IMG/VR virus record: IMGVR_UViG_3300011271_000003
Span: 34,805 to 98,804 of that record
Reading direction: 5' to 3' (one strand)
Length of the DNA: 64,000 nt
Source of the DNA: a virus
Shown piece after piece: positions 1 to 10,192 of this stretch. Both the position numbers and the translations under genes were made by a program. Within the stretch, counting starts at the first letter, position 1. The number at the start of each line of letters is the position of its first letter. Under the pieces are notes generated by a model. The model saw only the letters and a list, made by a program, of their open reading frames with translations, was not told the origin of the DNA and did not search any database.

Positions 1-460
1 TCAGTCTTGCAAACTCTCCGAAAAGTTCCTTCGCTTTCTCATCGTATGCCCTTGCTGCCTCAACCTCATCGTCGAAGTAGCCCAGGTGATAGTGTTCGCC
101 TGTACAGTTTACGTAAGCAACCCACTTACCTCTTCGCTTGTACCAGGAGACACCTTTGAATCGACTTGACCCTCTACGCGACGTAGAGTTAGCGAGGTTC
201 TGTGCGTGGGTTGCTTCTCGTAGGTTGGTCCTAACATTGTTTAGTCCGTTTCCGTCTTTGTGGTCAATCTGAACTCTACCCATGATAAGGTTATGCATGT
301 AAATATAAGTAGTCTGATAGTCCTTCGTCTTGCTAGCTCTGGCGTACACAAGCCAGGGGTTACAGGTAGGCGTAAAAGGGTACCACTTGCGCCTGCTAAC
401 CAGGTCGTAGTCTTCGTCGTCAATAAAGGCCACGGCGCTACCTACCGGTATCTCTCTCAT
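1..460 (-). CDS. HNH endonuclease with C-terminal AP2 DNA-binding domain (runs off the window; not in the ORF track)
   Basis: Manual translation from ATG at 460: MREIPVGSAVAFIDDEDY...YMHNLIMGRVQIDHKDGNGLNNVRTNLREATHAQNLAN...SRFKGVSWYKRRGKWVAY...HLGYFDDEVEAARAYDEKAKELFGEFARL. TGATG overlap with the upstream gene. Confidence 0.9.
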   Translation of the reverse strand, partial: MREIPVGSAVAFIDDEDYDLVSRRKWYPFTPTCNPWLVYARASKTKDYQTTYIYMHNLIMGRVQIDHKDGNGLNNVRTNLREATHAQNLANSTSRRGSSRFKGVSWYKRRGKWVAYVNCTGEHYHLGYFDDEVEAARAYDEKAKELFGEFARL

Positions 461-2622
461 CACTCGCCCCCTTTAGACTCTGTGCTGGCGCCCAACTTTT
501 GTCGTACGTAGTACGGGAGTCTTCGCTCATACAGAGTGTTAAGTGTGTACTGATAGTCTTGTCCGGAGTTTTGGGAAATGCAGGGTGTTTGGAAAGCGCA
601 GAAGTTGCAACCGAATTTTCCAGGGGAAGGGTAAATACGGAGGTTCGGGTCGATCATGTCTCGGACTTCGGCTAGTAGGTTCTTTTCGACCTGATCCAGT
701 TCGTAGTCGGACTTGTACACAATGAACCTACGGTAGTAATCGGTTCCGGCTGTTTTAAGGTGCTCGAGGAACTCGTCGTACGCACCTTCTTGCCACGCCT
801 CTGTGTCGAACTCTTTAATGTGTGCGAGGTAGACTTCGTAGCTCGTGGCCTGATTTACGTTAACGCTAAACAACCTGCCAAGACGTCGCTGCTTGTTCTC
901 CTTGGGAGGTTCCGGAAATGCTTTACGTTGTTCGTGATAGATGAAACCACGAACGTTCAGATTCAGCTTCTTTCTTAGCGCCATACAATAGCTGTTTCCT
1001 GTTACTACTATCTGGCCATTCTGACGCATTACCCAGGTGCCGAGGCGAGTAGTTGGGCACCAAACTGGTCGAGGCTCTGGCAGATTAGTTGTTACTATTG
1101 TTCTAGTCCACTTGCGTGGCTCACTTACAACAGTTTGTTGGCACCTCTTGGCGCCATGCTGAGTAGTTGGATACTTGCCTGAGAGGAAAAAAGCTAGGCA
1201 AAATAGGTCGTTCTTCAGTCCTGGGTTCTGGTGGAACTTATTAGAGTGCCCTTCTGCGAGGATGATAGTCTCACAGAATACTTGACGTGCCTTAGGCGCT
1301 AGCCCGAGGACGAACGATTCCCACCCGTCTAGTTCGTAATTGAGCTTGGCCTTGTCTAGTAGCCGCCGGAAGAAAGGAGCACGCAAGTGCCACTTCAACC
1401 CCTGGACGCCCTTTCCTTGGGGTCCGAACCCTCCGCTGAACTTCGAGATGCTAGAGTAGCAGTCGCTAAACCTATCGAGGAGGCTCTGAATCTCTTTAAC
1501 GTACTTGCTCTGAGCAATTGTTACCTGAACGCCTCTGGGTCCTCTGCTGATGTTTCCGTCTGACAGCACCCAGGCAATAACAGCTGCCTCGTCAGGAGTA
1601 ATATCGTTAGTAGGGTTGTCCAGCTCGGCTGCTAGTACGACGTAGGCTTGTTGTTGTCCGTTCTTGAGCGCCTGAAGCTGATACGCTCCATGGTCTGGCG
1701 TTGTTGTGTGAGTTCGCTTCGCCCATCTATGTTCGGGAGTTGTGATAAAGTCGAAGGACTTTGCTCTAGAACGAACAACGCTCGTTGGTCCATACACGTT
1801 GACGTCCTCTAGGAGAGTCCACTCTAGAGCGTCTTCTTTTCCGTTATAGCCGAGGACCTCTTCGCCTACGACAAGCTGATTGTGGTGCTTCCAGCCACTA
1901 CGAGTAAGAATTTCTGAGTCAAGTGGTACACAGGCGATTTGATCATCGAGCTCCAGGAAGACTTCACTGGTAGAAAGTTGCGCTGCAGTCTTCCAGTCCC
2001 AGGTGGGCTTTAAAATCCAGTAGTACCCCTCCATGTCGTGAACGACCAAGTCTACGCGCCCGGAGAGAACTACAGGATTTCCAAACCACCTCCCTCCGCC
2101 GTTCTTGGCGAAGGCTTTTCGACAGGTGACACACTTGCAAAAGACTTGCTCGCCGTTCTCGTCTGTCAAAGGTACGTCGAAGCTGGCTTCAACATACACG
2201 GGAACGTACTTGGCCTGGATGTCTGCAAGCTGATTATTAACGTAGTACCAAATCATCCCCCGGCCTAGACGGACTCGCTCGGAATAGTCTTCTTCGACCT
2301 CACCTCCGAGCGCTTGCTCTCCGTTAGCGCGTAGGTACTCTCGCATCTGTTGTTCGCAGATGTCGAAGAAGGCCTTCTCGGCTAGGGCCCCCAAAACCTT
2401 AGGGTGGTATTTCCAGGTTGCCGGGTTATGCAGCACCTCCATCGCCTTATGGTACGCTATTCCGAACTCAAGCGGTTTGGCTGTCACTGTGGGATAGTAA
2501 TTCTGTCTGAACAACCAGTTCCACCTACGTCGACATCCTCTGAACGATCTGCGCTCGCTGGTGTGTATCTCGTGCATGAGCCCACGAGCAATCATATCCT
2601 CAGCGTAGACAGCTAGGGCCAC
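460..2622 (-). CDS. PD-(D/E)XK nuclease, Cas4/RecB/AddB-like with a probable Fe-S cluster, interrupted by an intein
   Basis: N-terminal C..RW and FGIAYH motifs, then VE, GRVDLV and DWKT nuclease motifs, and C-terminal CNFCAFQTPC. Confidence 0.85.
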   Translation of the reverse strand: MALAVYAEDMIARGLMHEIHTSERRSFRGCRRRWNWLFRQNYYPTVTAKPLEFGIAYHKAMEVLHNPATWKYHPKVLGALAEKAFFDICEQQMREYLRANGEQALGGEVEEDYSERVRLGRGMIWYYVNNQLADIQAKYVPVYVEASFDVPLTDENGEQVFCKCVTCRKAFAKNGGGRWFGNPVVLSGRVDLVVHDMEGYYWILKPTWDWKTAAQLSTSEVFLELDDQIACVPLDSEILTRSGWKHHNQLVVGEEVLGYNGKEDALEWTLLEDVNVYGPTSVVRSRAKSFDFITTPEHRWAKRTHTTTPDHGAYQLQALKNGQQQAYVVLAAELDNPTNDITPDEAAVIAWVLSDGNISRGPRGVQVTIAQSKYVKEIQSLLDRFSDCYSSISKFSGGFGPQGKGVQGLKWHLRAPFFRRLLDKAKLNYELDGWESFVLGLAPKARQVFCETIILAEGHSNKFHQNPGLKNDLFCLAFFLSGKYPTTQHGAKRCQQTVVSEPRKWTRTIVTTNLPEPRPVWCPTTRLGTWVMRQNGQIVVTGNSYCMALRKKLNLNVRGFIYHEQRKAFPEPPKENKQRRLGRLFSVNVNQATSYEVYLAHIKEFDTEAWQEGAYDEFLEHLKTAGTDYYRRFIVYKSDYELDQVEKNLLAEVRDMIDPNLRIYPSPGKFGCNFCAFQTPCISQNSGQDYQYTLNTLYERRLPYYVRQKLGASTESKGGE
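994..1932 (-). mobile_element. Intein (313 aa) with LAGLIDADG-type endonuclease remnant, in the nuclease
   Basis: IA|CVPLDSEILTRSGW; block B TTPEHRW; IAWVLSDG and IILAEG motifs; VWCPTT...VVTGN|SYC splice junction. Confidence 0.92.
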
Positions 2623-2731
2623 TTAGAGGTCCTTTTCTTCTCGCATAGCAATCTTACAGCCTGTCGCGTTCGCTGCTGTAGCGATCAGAATTGCTTCATA
2701 GGGCCTCCTAATGTGTTTGTTCTTACATATA

Positions 2732-2763
2732 ATTATACTTGGAACTCTCTTGGATCACAAGGG
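2732..2763 (-). promoter_or_regulatory. sigma70/SigA-type promoter
   Basis: CCC-TTGTGA-N17-TATAAT on the - strand upstream of the nuclease. Confidence 0.7.
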
Positions 2764-2817
2764 TTTCGCTACCAGGTCATTTAAGTTCCCGCCAGTGAAA
2801 GCCGGGACGTGTATCCT

Positions 2818-3291
2818 TTAGCACCTACAGGCAACATAGCCACATCTGTTACAGACTACACGGCCACGTCGCGCAGCGTGTCGTACTCTGCTACACACCT
2901 TACATTCGTGCGAGACCGTGTGAACGCCAAATAGCGCTTTGAGGTGCCCGTTACTACAGTACGGGCTGTATGCTTCTGCTATGTTCTCTTTGTGTGTAAT
3001 AGGCCGCACATGCTCCCAGAACGCACGCTTGTCTTTCTTTCGTATGTGTCCGAGCTCGAAACCTTCAGGTACTTCTCCTACGAAGTGGTTGTATGCGACT
3101 AGGTGCGCAGGATGGCTTATCCAAGCTAGACAGAATTGTCCGTATCCCCAGGATCCGTACGTGCCACCACGCCAGTTCCAGCAGCCCGTTTCTAGATCTA
3201 CCACGCAAAAGCTGTAGAAGCGCCTGAGGTCAGCTTCTGACATAAGCAACCTAGTCAATTGGCCCACTCCTTGTGTTGACCATAAGTCCAC
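2818..3291 (-). CDS. HNH-type endonuclease (possibly degenerate) with C-terminal Cys-rich domain; probable start near 3243
   Basis: CWNWRGG..WGYGQF..AHLVAY..VPEGFELGH..HVRPITHKENI, then CSNGH..CKVC..CNRCGYVACRC. Confidence 0.75.
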   Translation of the reverse strand: MDLWSTQGVGQLTRLLMSEADLRRFYSFCVVDLETGCWNWRGGTYGSWGYGQFCLAWISHPAHLVAYNHFVGEVPEGFELGHIRKKDKRAFWEHVRPITHKENIAEAYSPYCSNGHLKALFGVHTVSHECKVCSRVRHAARRGRVVCNRCGYVACRC

Positions 3292-4170
3292 AGGCTAGGA
3301 GCGCCTCAGTTAGTTCCAACTTCAGGCCTGCTATATCTCCCGGCATAGTGTCTTCCGCCTTGATACCATATACTCGGAGCGCTGCTCTGGCAAGTCGGAG
3401 TTGTGCCAGTCTGATTTCGCCATAACTAAAGGGTGCGCCTGGGGCCTCCGGGTCGAGCTGGTTTGAATGGTATGCGGACCTAGGTCCGTCCACAAGCGTC
3501 GCCCCTGTGTCTCGTCCTTGTTGGAAGTGGCCGGCACGTCTGACTGGAATAACCATACTGCTTCGGTGTCGCATACATTCTCCGTTCAAGGTCCGGCCCG
3601 AGCCCGTAGGGGACTATCCGCCGACGCAACCGCCTACCAGGATTGTGTTCACCTCCTTCCGAGTGGCAAGCTTGACCACTCAAGCCCCTGCACGGCTGGC
3701 GTCCCCGGAGAGTCCTCGCCACTCTCGCCGTGTCGGCGGCAGCCTGTCAATTCAGGTCGTTTCCGTGTCGGGAATTCAGTGGTCAAGCTCTTTCCTTATC
3801 GTTTAGGTACTCGCTGTCTCTTTTACCCACTGCTCTCGTAGGTCCGGCAGAAGGTTATTGCCAGATGCGACAACCATGTTCTTAACGAAGTCTCTGACTA
3901 CGTCAGCGTGAGGTCTGCGACAGCCTGGCTCTGCATGCACATACCAACCAAATTTCTTGGTCTGTGCATAGCCGCCTCTACCCGTGTTGTGCTGGCAGGC
4001 AAGTGTTGGCTTTGCCACCACAGCTTCCATAGTGGAAGAAGCAGCCACTATGGCACCGAGGGCTACAAGCTCATTCTCAGCCTCTTCTGCCGAAGTGTCG
4101 TCGCTTTCCCACTTGTCCTTCAGGTGAATGAACCGCTCGGCTGCAGCGTTGTCTCTGAACGACAGTATGA

Positions 4171-4560
4171 CTACCCTGGCCATGATTCGACTCTCCTCAC
4201 TGCGTGGCGTCCCATTCCATTACACCCTCGACTAGTATAGGGAGGCCCGCATCGGACCGTGTTGGCTAGTGGTGGCTTGAAGAATCCTCCACGTACGGCA
4301 TTGATTCGTATGCTCTTCGGGATTGCTCCATATGCTCCGGTAGTAGGATCTTTATAGAGGACTCCACAGCCGTCGCAGGCTGTGCAGCGCTGCCAACGTA
4401 GCTTAGTCTTACTGAACTGAGCTATGTGCCAGCGCATGTTTCCTGCTCTGTACCACATTACTCCGATAGCAATGAACACTGCGGCCACCGCGAGCACTGC
4501 GATTGCGATAAGCCAGTTCAGGAAGTCCTGAAACTGAGTCAGTATATGTTGGGCTGCCAA
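4171..4560 (-). CDS. Membrane-anchored protein with DnaJ-like CxxCxGxG zinc motif
   Basis: N-terminal TM segment (WLIAIAVLAVAAVFIAIGVMW), CTACDGCG and GCNGMG. Confidence 0.6.
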   Translation of the reverse strand: MAAQHILTQFQDFLNWLIAIAVLAVAAVFIAIGVMWYRAGNMRWHIAQFSKTKLRWQRCTACDGCGVLYKDPTTGAYGAIPKSIRINAVRGGFFKPPLANTVRCGPPYTSRGCNGMGRHAVRRVESWPG

Positions 4561-4728
4561 GGTTACTCCTTTCTGTACACGGTAGTGATCCTGATCTTTC
4601 GGAAGACCACCTTCTTGTTGAGAGGATCATTCACTGGGTAGGCAACGAGCTTAAACAGCTGAAGTGCCTCGAGGCACTTCAAGGCCTCCTCATCGCCGGA
4701 GGAGTCGAACCCGATCACGATCACCACG

Positions 4729-5058
4729 TCACTCGTCGAACCCGATGACGTCGATGGTACCGGTGTGTACTTCAGGCAGTACGTGTCCTGAGCTATACCA
4801 GAAGCCTCCGTGGTGTCTGTAGAACAGTCCTTCGCTGACGCGGCGAAGGACATCGAGTGCGGTCATGATCTGTGTGTTGTCTGCCTGGTAGACAAGGTCT
4901 AGAGGCTCCATGTTTGGATCGATTAGAAGTTCGAGGTTGAATTCGTCCGCGTAGTGCGCGGCAGCGACATAGCAGTACTCAGGAATAGCCGTGGGGTCTC
5001 GCACCGTGTTCAGTAGGACATACAGGCGCTTGATGTCATTCGGGTTCATCTTTATCAT
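4729..5058 (-). CDS. Hypothetical protein, paralogue of 33739-34155
   Basis: Shared Y.AAA.YAD and ALDVLR...G.F motifs. Confidence 0.7.
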   Translation of the reverse strand: MIKMNPNDIKRLYVLLNTVRDPTAIPEYCYVAAAHYADEFNLELLIDPNMEPLDLVYQADNTQIMTALDVLRRVSEGLFYRHHGGFWYSSGHVLPEVHTGTIDVIGFDE

Positions 5059-6104
5059 GGCTTATCGTGCACCTCACCGTCGATGTAGGAGTAGTGTTGT
5101 CCTTCTTGACAGGCTGACCCCTGTCTATGCAGGTGCACGATTACTACACTGTTTGGACCGTCTGTCACCGACTTGGCTGCAGCATCCTCGAGAGTCCTCT
5201 GTTTGTCGATCCCCTCAAAGACATACATATTTCTCATCAGAACGTCCTTCCTGAGTCAGTAATGCCGTCTGGTACTTCTACGCCTCGACACTCAGGCATC
5301 CTACAGAGGTCTCGTAGTTCTTCCTTCGTGGGGAATTGTTTGTTTTCTGCCGGCCAGCTCCAGGTAGCGGTATTGATTGTAATGCCGCAGGCTGTTTGAC
5401 GTCCGTCTGTCGGGTCAACCCGATGCCACCTCTTTGTGTGTGGCGACATCACATAGGTGCTGACCTTGCTCTTCTTACCGCCAAAGAGCTTCCTCACAGT
5501 GAATACCAATCTCTCGTGATGTACTTGTAGGCCCCACGTATGCTTCTAAACGTGGCGACAACAGGCTTGGCTAGCACCCTGTGGACTTTCACTCTTAGGG
5601 TGGCCCGCAGCAGGCGACGCGCGTCTCGCCTACCCTGACGAATTAGGTACCGCCTGTCGCGGCTACTCTCCTTGAGATGCGACTCGTCGGTCCACAACTT
5701 ATTGCCGGCTTCGTCCCAGATGCCTATGACATTAGTCATATGTCTATCTGTCTCTGCGAGCTCTGCATCTGTCGGAGCTGGAATTCGCGCTGACGGTCTT
5801 GTGTCAGTTGCGAGAGGCATCTCACCTGTAGTGTGTGCGACCTCGATTTGCTCGGTTGCGACGATAAGAGGCATCGAAACGGCCTTGAACGTTCCGGTTG
5901 CCTCGACCTCATCGAAGACTTCACGACGCTCGCCGTAAACGCGAAGCTCGACCATGTACTTGGCGAAGCTGGGATCCTCGATCTGGCTGACAAGCGCCTC
6001 GAACTGGAGTGACGTCTCGGTGGTTACATCAACGTGGAACTCCTTGTCGAGGGGGGTGATTCGTCCGTGTGTGAAGATAGGGTTGTAGTGTGTTACGGTC
6101 ATGA

Positions 6105-6323
6105 CTATGCCTCCACTAGGTAGTCGAACTCACCCTTCTTGACGCCGCCCAGAAACGCTTCCCACTCCTCTCTGGTGTATGCGAGCGCAGGGCCTTTGGG
6201 GTCCCTACCGTTTCGCACGAGTACGGCTATTGGCTTTCCATCGAAGTGCGTTCCTTCAGGTGCTGCAGCCACCTCGAAGCAGGCACCATTGTTAACGCTG
6301 TAAGATGACTTCTTCCACTGCAT
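6105..6323 (-). CDS. DUF397-family (BldB-like) small protein
   Basis: WKKSSYS...GACFEVA...VLVRNGRDPKGPALAYTREEWEAFLGGVKKGEF matches the DUF397 pattern. Confidence 0.92.
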   Translation of the reverse strand: MQWKKSSYSVNNGACFEVAAAPEGTHFDGKPIAVLVRNGRDPKGPALAYTREEWEAFLGGVKKGEFDYLVEA

Positions 6324-7227
6324 GGTAACTCCGTTCAGTTGGGTGACTGGCCACGCTGAGCGTCTCTCTGCTCGTACAGATCTGCCAAGCCTATCTGGAT
6401 AGCCTTGTCGATTATTCTGTCCTCGGGGTTGGGATCGATTGCGGCTGTGAACCAGACGTAGTTAACCTGTCCTAGCAAGCGTCCTTTCATGCCCATGGTG
6501 ATGTTGAGACAAGGCTGATCCATCTGCCTTGGCAGTCCCGTAGTAGGGTCTGGAACGACTACTTGCATGGTGCCTAGGCAGTACTCCCAGAATATTTCCT
6601 GTCCGAAGGCTTGCTTCCTAATTGCCTCTGTGATCTTCTCAGGGGGTGTCAGATCCATCAGGCGGATGATATTGGTGCTGAGCGGTTTGCCACTTATGCC
6701 TCCGTGGCGCTCGACCTCGTCTGTCATCAGACCTTCCTCCAGTCGTCTTTGTACATGACGTATTCGAACTCGTCACCGTTGGGGGCTGCGAGGTACAGAT
6801 CAGGCTCGGGCTCTCCTGCTAGGTTGGCGGTCTGAAAGGCCGCCTTGATGTGATTTTTCGCTTCCTGCTCTGTGCCGGTTAGAACAGGGGCTACCTGGCT
6901 GCCCCAGACAGTCCAGTCCATGTCACTAGCCATTTGACTCGGCCTCCTTCTTCTTGAGCTGCTCGATTGCCTGCTCGACTCCTATGTGAGCGCATGGACT
7001 GTCAAACCCTGCGTTGCGGAGCGTCTTGTTGATTTCGTCGATCTCTGCGTACGGCGATCCCGTCTCCTCGAAGGCGAATGGGTTAACTAGCACAGCAGAC
7101 CTAACAAACGGTCCGTTTACGCCCATCTTCCTGAATCGTTGCACGTACCAATGGGACATGTCTGTCTCAGCCTGCTCTAGGCTGTCGTAGGTATACTCCA
7201 TTAGACGTAGGACTCTAACTGTCACTG

Positions 7228-7557
7228 CTACTCCTCCCATTGTACGTGTCCGTATTTACGCAGGGCCTCGCTCAGTCGGCGAACCTTCGCTGCTATTGCT
7301 TCGTCGTCCATCATGCCTCGGCTGTATTTATGGTGGTCAACGTAGGGGTCGTAGGCCTTAGTAGGTCCCTCGTCGTAGAAGCACCAGAGACACGTCTATG
7401 TTAGGTCTCCTGTTAGACCCTGGATACACTCGAACTTGCAGTGGCAGTGCCTGCATACAACCCAGACCCATACGTAGGGCCTGTGTGTCCTTGCGTCCCT
7501 TGCTGACCGTCCATCTCTACAAGGACCTGGAACCTTAATGTCGGTTCTGTCGACTAT
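7228..7557 (-). pseudogene. Probable decayed zinc-ribbon gene (non-canonical ATA start, in-frame TAG at 7396-7398)
   Basis: One frame reads ...VVCRHCHCKFECIQGLTGDLT*TCLWCFYDEG...QWEE*, fills the gap between genes and follows a GGGAGG SD. Confidence 0.5.
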
Positions 7558-9098
7558 AATAGGTCCCTCCCGAAGATTCGTTGTGCGTCCGCCATTGCTT
7601 CCTGTATTAGGGGGTCTGCGGCTGTCATTCCGTACGCCTCAGGGTCCACGGTATCTCCTAGCAGGAACCTTAGGTCTTCCCATTTCTGGGAGATAACCGT
7701 CCTGCGTCCGATGTCCACGGTATTCTTTGCCATTATGTCGATGATGTGGACTGCGTTCTTTTGTCCGATGCGGTGCTGACGATCTTCAGCCTGTATGTTT
7801 TTTGTAGGGGACCAATGTCGATCAAGAAATATGCCTGTGCTCGCTGCATGGAGCGTGATGCCCTCGCCACCAGCAGCGATTGTCCCGGCGAAAACATGCA
7901 AGTCACCCCGTTGGAATGCTTCGACAGCAAGATCACGTTCTGTCTGGGGGACCGTACCTGTATAACGGCCGACTGATATTTTATTAGCCTCCAGCCTCTG
8001 GGCAGCGAGATCGACCATGCTTCGGAATTGCGACCAGACAACAAGCTGTTCAGTGGGGTTTCCACTAACCATTTCCTCCAGTGCATCTAGCTTGGCGGAC
8101 GGCTCGATCAGAGTGGTTGTCATTCTTCGTTCCGGCTCGGGCTCCTCTCTTGCTTCGAGCGCACGCGCTCGTGCAGTCCTGGTTATAACGTACTTGTAGC
8201 CAATCTCTACTGATGCCAGAGCAAACTGCTGCAGCCTCACCAATTGCGCAATTACAACAGGCGCCACTAGAGGTTCATCTTCATGCTCGCCAACCCAAGC
8301 GATCATGTCCTTGCGCATCTGGTTGTACGCCTTACGTTGAGCTGGTCCGAGCTCAACCCAGACGTCTGAGTAATACTTCTCTGGCAGATCTTGAAGTACC
8401 TCTCTCTTAAGTCGTCGCACATACCACGGGCGCATCTCAGCTATAAGGTGCGGAGTGGTCTCCCTGTTGGGCTTGTTATAGTTTCGGAACGTTGCTCCGT
8501 TCTTCCCCTCAACTATCTGTTCCACGCAGTAGGTCTTTACGTGTCGCCAATAACTCGTGTAGCGCTTTGGATACAACCAATTCAGAATAGACCAGATGTC
8601 TGCTGGCCTGTTGTCTGCCGGTGTCCCTGACAGGCCAGTCTTGTACCTAGCTGGTAGAGCCTTCAGCGCTCGGGTTTGTTGTGCTTTTCTCGACTTTGCG
8701 CGGTGACATTCGTCAGCGATGATGTGGAACCAGGATACCCTGCGCAACTCCGGCATAAGCCGTAGGGCCTCGTAGTGAATGATATAGCAGGTGTAGTTCT
8801 GTGACAGAGCCTTAACAAATGCTGGCCGGTCCTTCCTATCGATTACGTAGATTCTCGCTGTGGGCCAGACTAGCTTTATATGCCTTACCCAAGCATCCTG
8901 GTGTGTCGCTAGCGGCGCTATGATCAGCGTCTTCCTTTTGGGTCCGCCCTTCACGTAGGTCTCGATACGCAGCTTGTAGTCGATCCAGAGCGCTTCAGGC
9001 GTCTTTCCCAATCCCATTTCGTCTGCGATGAGACGAGACAGGAGTGTTGGTATGCCTACCTTGTCGACACACTCCTGCTGGAATGGACGTGGCTCCAA
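7554..9098 (-). CDS. SNF2-family (SF2) helicase/ATPase
   Basis: ADEMGLGKT, IIADECH, LSGTP, GGEGITLHAA and QAEDRQHRIGQ motifs. Confidence 0.95.
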   Translation of the reverse strand: MEPRPFQQECVDKVGIPTLLSRLIADEMGLGKTPEALWIDYKLRIETYVKGGPKRKTLIIAPLATHQDAWVRHIKLVWPTARIYVIDRKDRPAFVKALSQNYTCYIIHYEALRLMPELRRVSWFHIIADECHRAKSRKAQQTRALKALPARYKTGLSGTPADNRPADIWSILNWLYPKRYTSYWRHVKTYCVEQIVEGKNGATFRNYNKPNRETTPHLIAEMRPWYVRRLKREVLQDLPEKYYSDVWVELGPAQRKAYNQMRKDMIAWVGEHEDEPLVAPVVIAQLVRLQQFALASVEIGYKYVITRTARARALEAREEPEPERRMTTTLIEPSAKLDALEEMVSGNPTEQLVVWSQFRSMVDLAAQRLEANKISVGRYTGTVPQTERDLAVEAFQRGDLHVFAGTIAAGGEGITLHAASTGIFLDRHWSPTKNIQAEDRQHRIGQKNAVHIIDIMAKNTVDIGRRTVISQKWEDLRFLLGDTVDPEAYGMTAADPLIQEAMADAQRIFGRDLL

Positions 9099-10054
9099 GC
9101 TACTCTCCTTCGGGCCTGTAGTCTCGGATGAGGTCGTCCAAGCCGGTTCCTTGGAGGCTCTCCATTGCCTTCGCCGTCATAGTCTCTTGTTGTCTGAGTG
9201 CCTCGAAGAACTCCTTGGCGATCTCTGGGTGTCTATGGTTCATGAAGGACTGTAGTCGGTTCGTGAGGTTCCGCTCGAGGAGTTCGAACTTCTCCTCGAG
9301 AAACTGTACACGCCCCTCCAAGTCGTGACGTGGAGGCCTCCAGTCGAACTCATCCATCCTCTTCGCTCTCTTCCTCTTCTGACAGGAATGCTTTTTGCCA
9401 GCACTCGTCGTGAGTGCCAGAGATCAGGATCTCTCGATCGCCTGCTGTCAGCATGGGGAGTGCGTTCTGGATGAACATTCCCTCTTGCCATCTCTGAAAG
9501 GCGTCTGCGGGGATGTTCTCGACGATCGCTGGCTTGGAGCAGAACTGGCACGTCGTTTCAAAATGAATCTTTCCGTTGTCGGTCGTTGTGATCTTGCCGT
9601 TAATCATTCTTCTCCTTCTTCGTCTTCGTCTTCATCGCCATCATCTTCGTCATCAGCTTCGGGCTCACGGAGCTCGTAGTAGACACATTCATGTGTCCCC
9701 TGGCTATCGTCGTAAGTCCCTGAGTAGAACCGAATGATCTCGTCCTCAGCGTACTCGTCAAGAATTGGCACGTCTTGCTCGAGCTTCAGAAGCTCTCTGA
9801 TCGCCTCACGAGGTGTCATGACTTCTCCTCTTCCAGGAGCGTTCGGATTGTTAGACAGGGGTAAATCTGTTCGCAGCCTAGACAGGTCGGCTTGCCGTTG
9901 AATGTGAAGACGGTACTAGGACTATGCAGCCTCCAAACACGTCGCAGCGACTTGTGGTCGGTGCGGATATGCTCTTCCAGGTTGTCGATGTGCTGCCTCA
10001 GATTGGCAATGCCACCTCGTATGTTGTGTATAGCTTCTGGCGAATATTGGTAAA

Positions 10055-10192
10055 TCACTCCGCCCTCCAGAGTCGCCTCCAGTGAGGCTGATTCTTTTTG
10101 TGTCCTAGGGAGTTTCTGCTCCCTGCTCCAGGTAGCTCCCCGCAATGCGGACAGTCGATCGTGAGAGCTAGTGCTACTTGTTCTTCAGTCAT
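10055..10192 (-). CDS. 45-aa phage zinc-finger-like protein (not in the ORF track)
   Basis: GAGGAG SD, ATGA overlap; MTEEQVALALTIDCPHCGELPGAGSRNSLGHKKNQPHWRR. Confidence 0.65.
   Translation of the reverse strand: MTEEQVALALTIDCPHCGELPGAGSRNSLGHKKNQPHWRRLWRAE

Noticed and set aside
1990-2020. Extra KPTW before the DWKT motif as a possible scar or recoding site
   Set aside because: The frame is intact and I cannot show it is an insertion without an alignment.
460-2622. Cas4-like nuclease as evidence of a CRISPR system
   Set aside because: No repeat-spacer array or other cas genes seen; solo Cas4/RecB-like nucleases are common in phages.
7396-7398. Genome-wide amber recoding
   Set aside because: TAG ends many clear genes (SNF2 helicase, MCP) at expected positions; only one internal case was seen.
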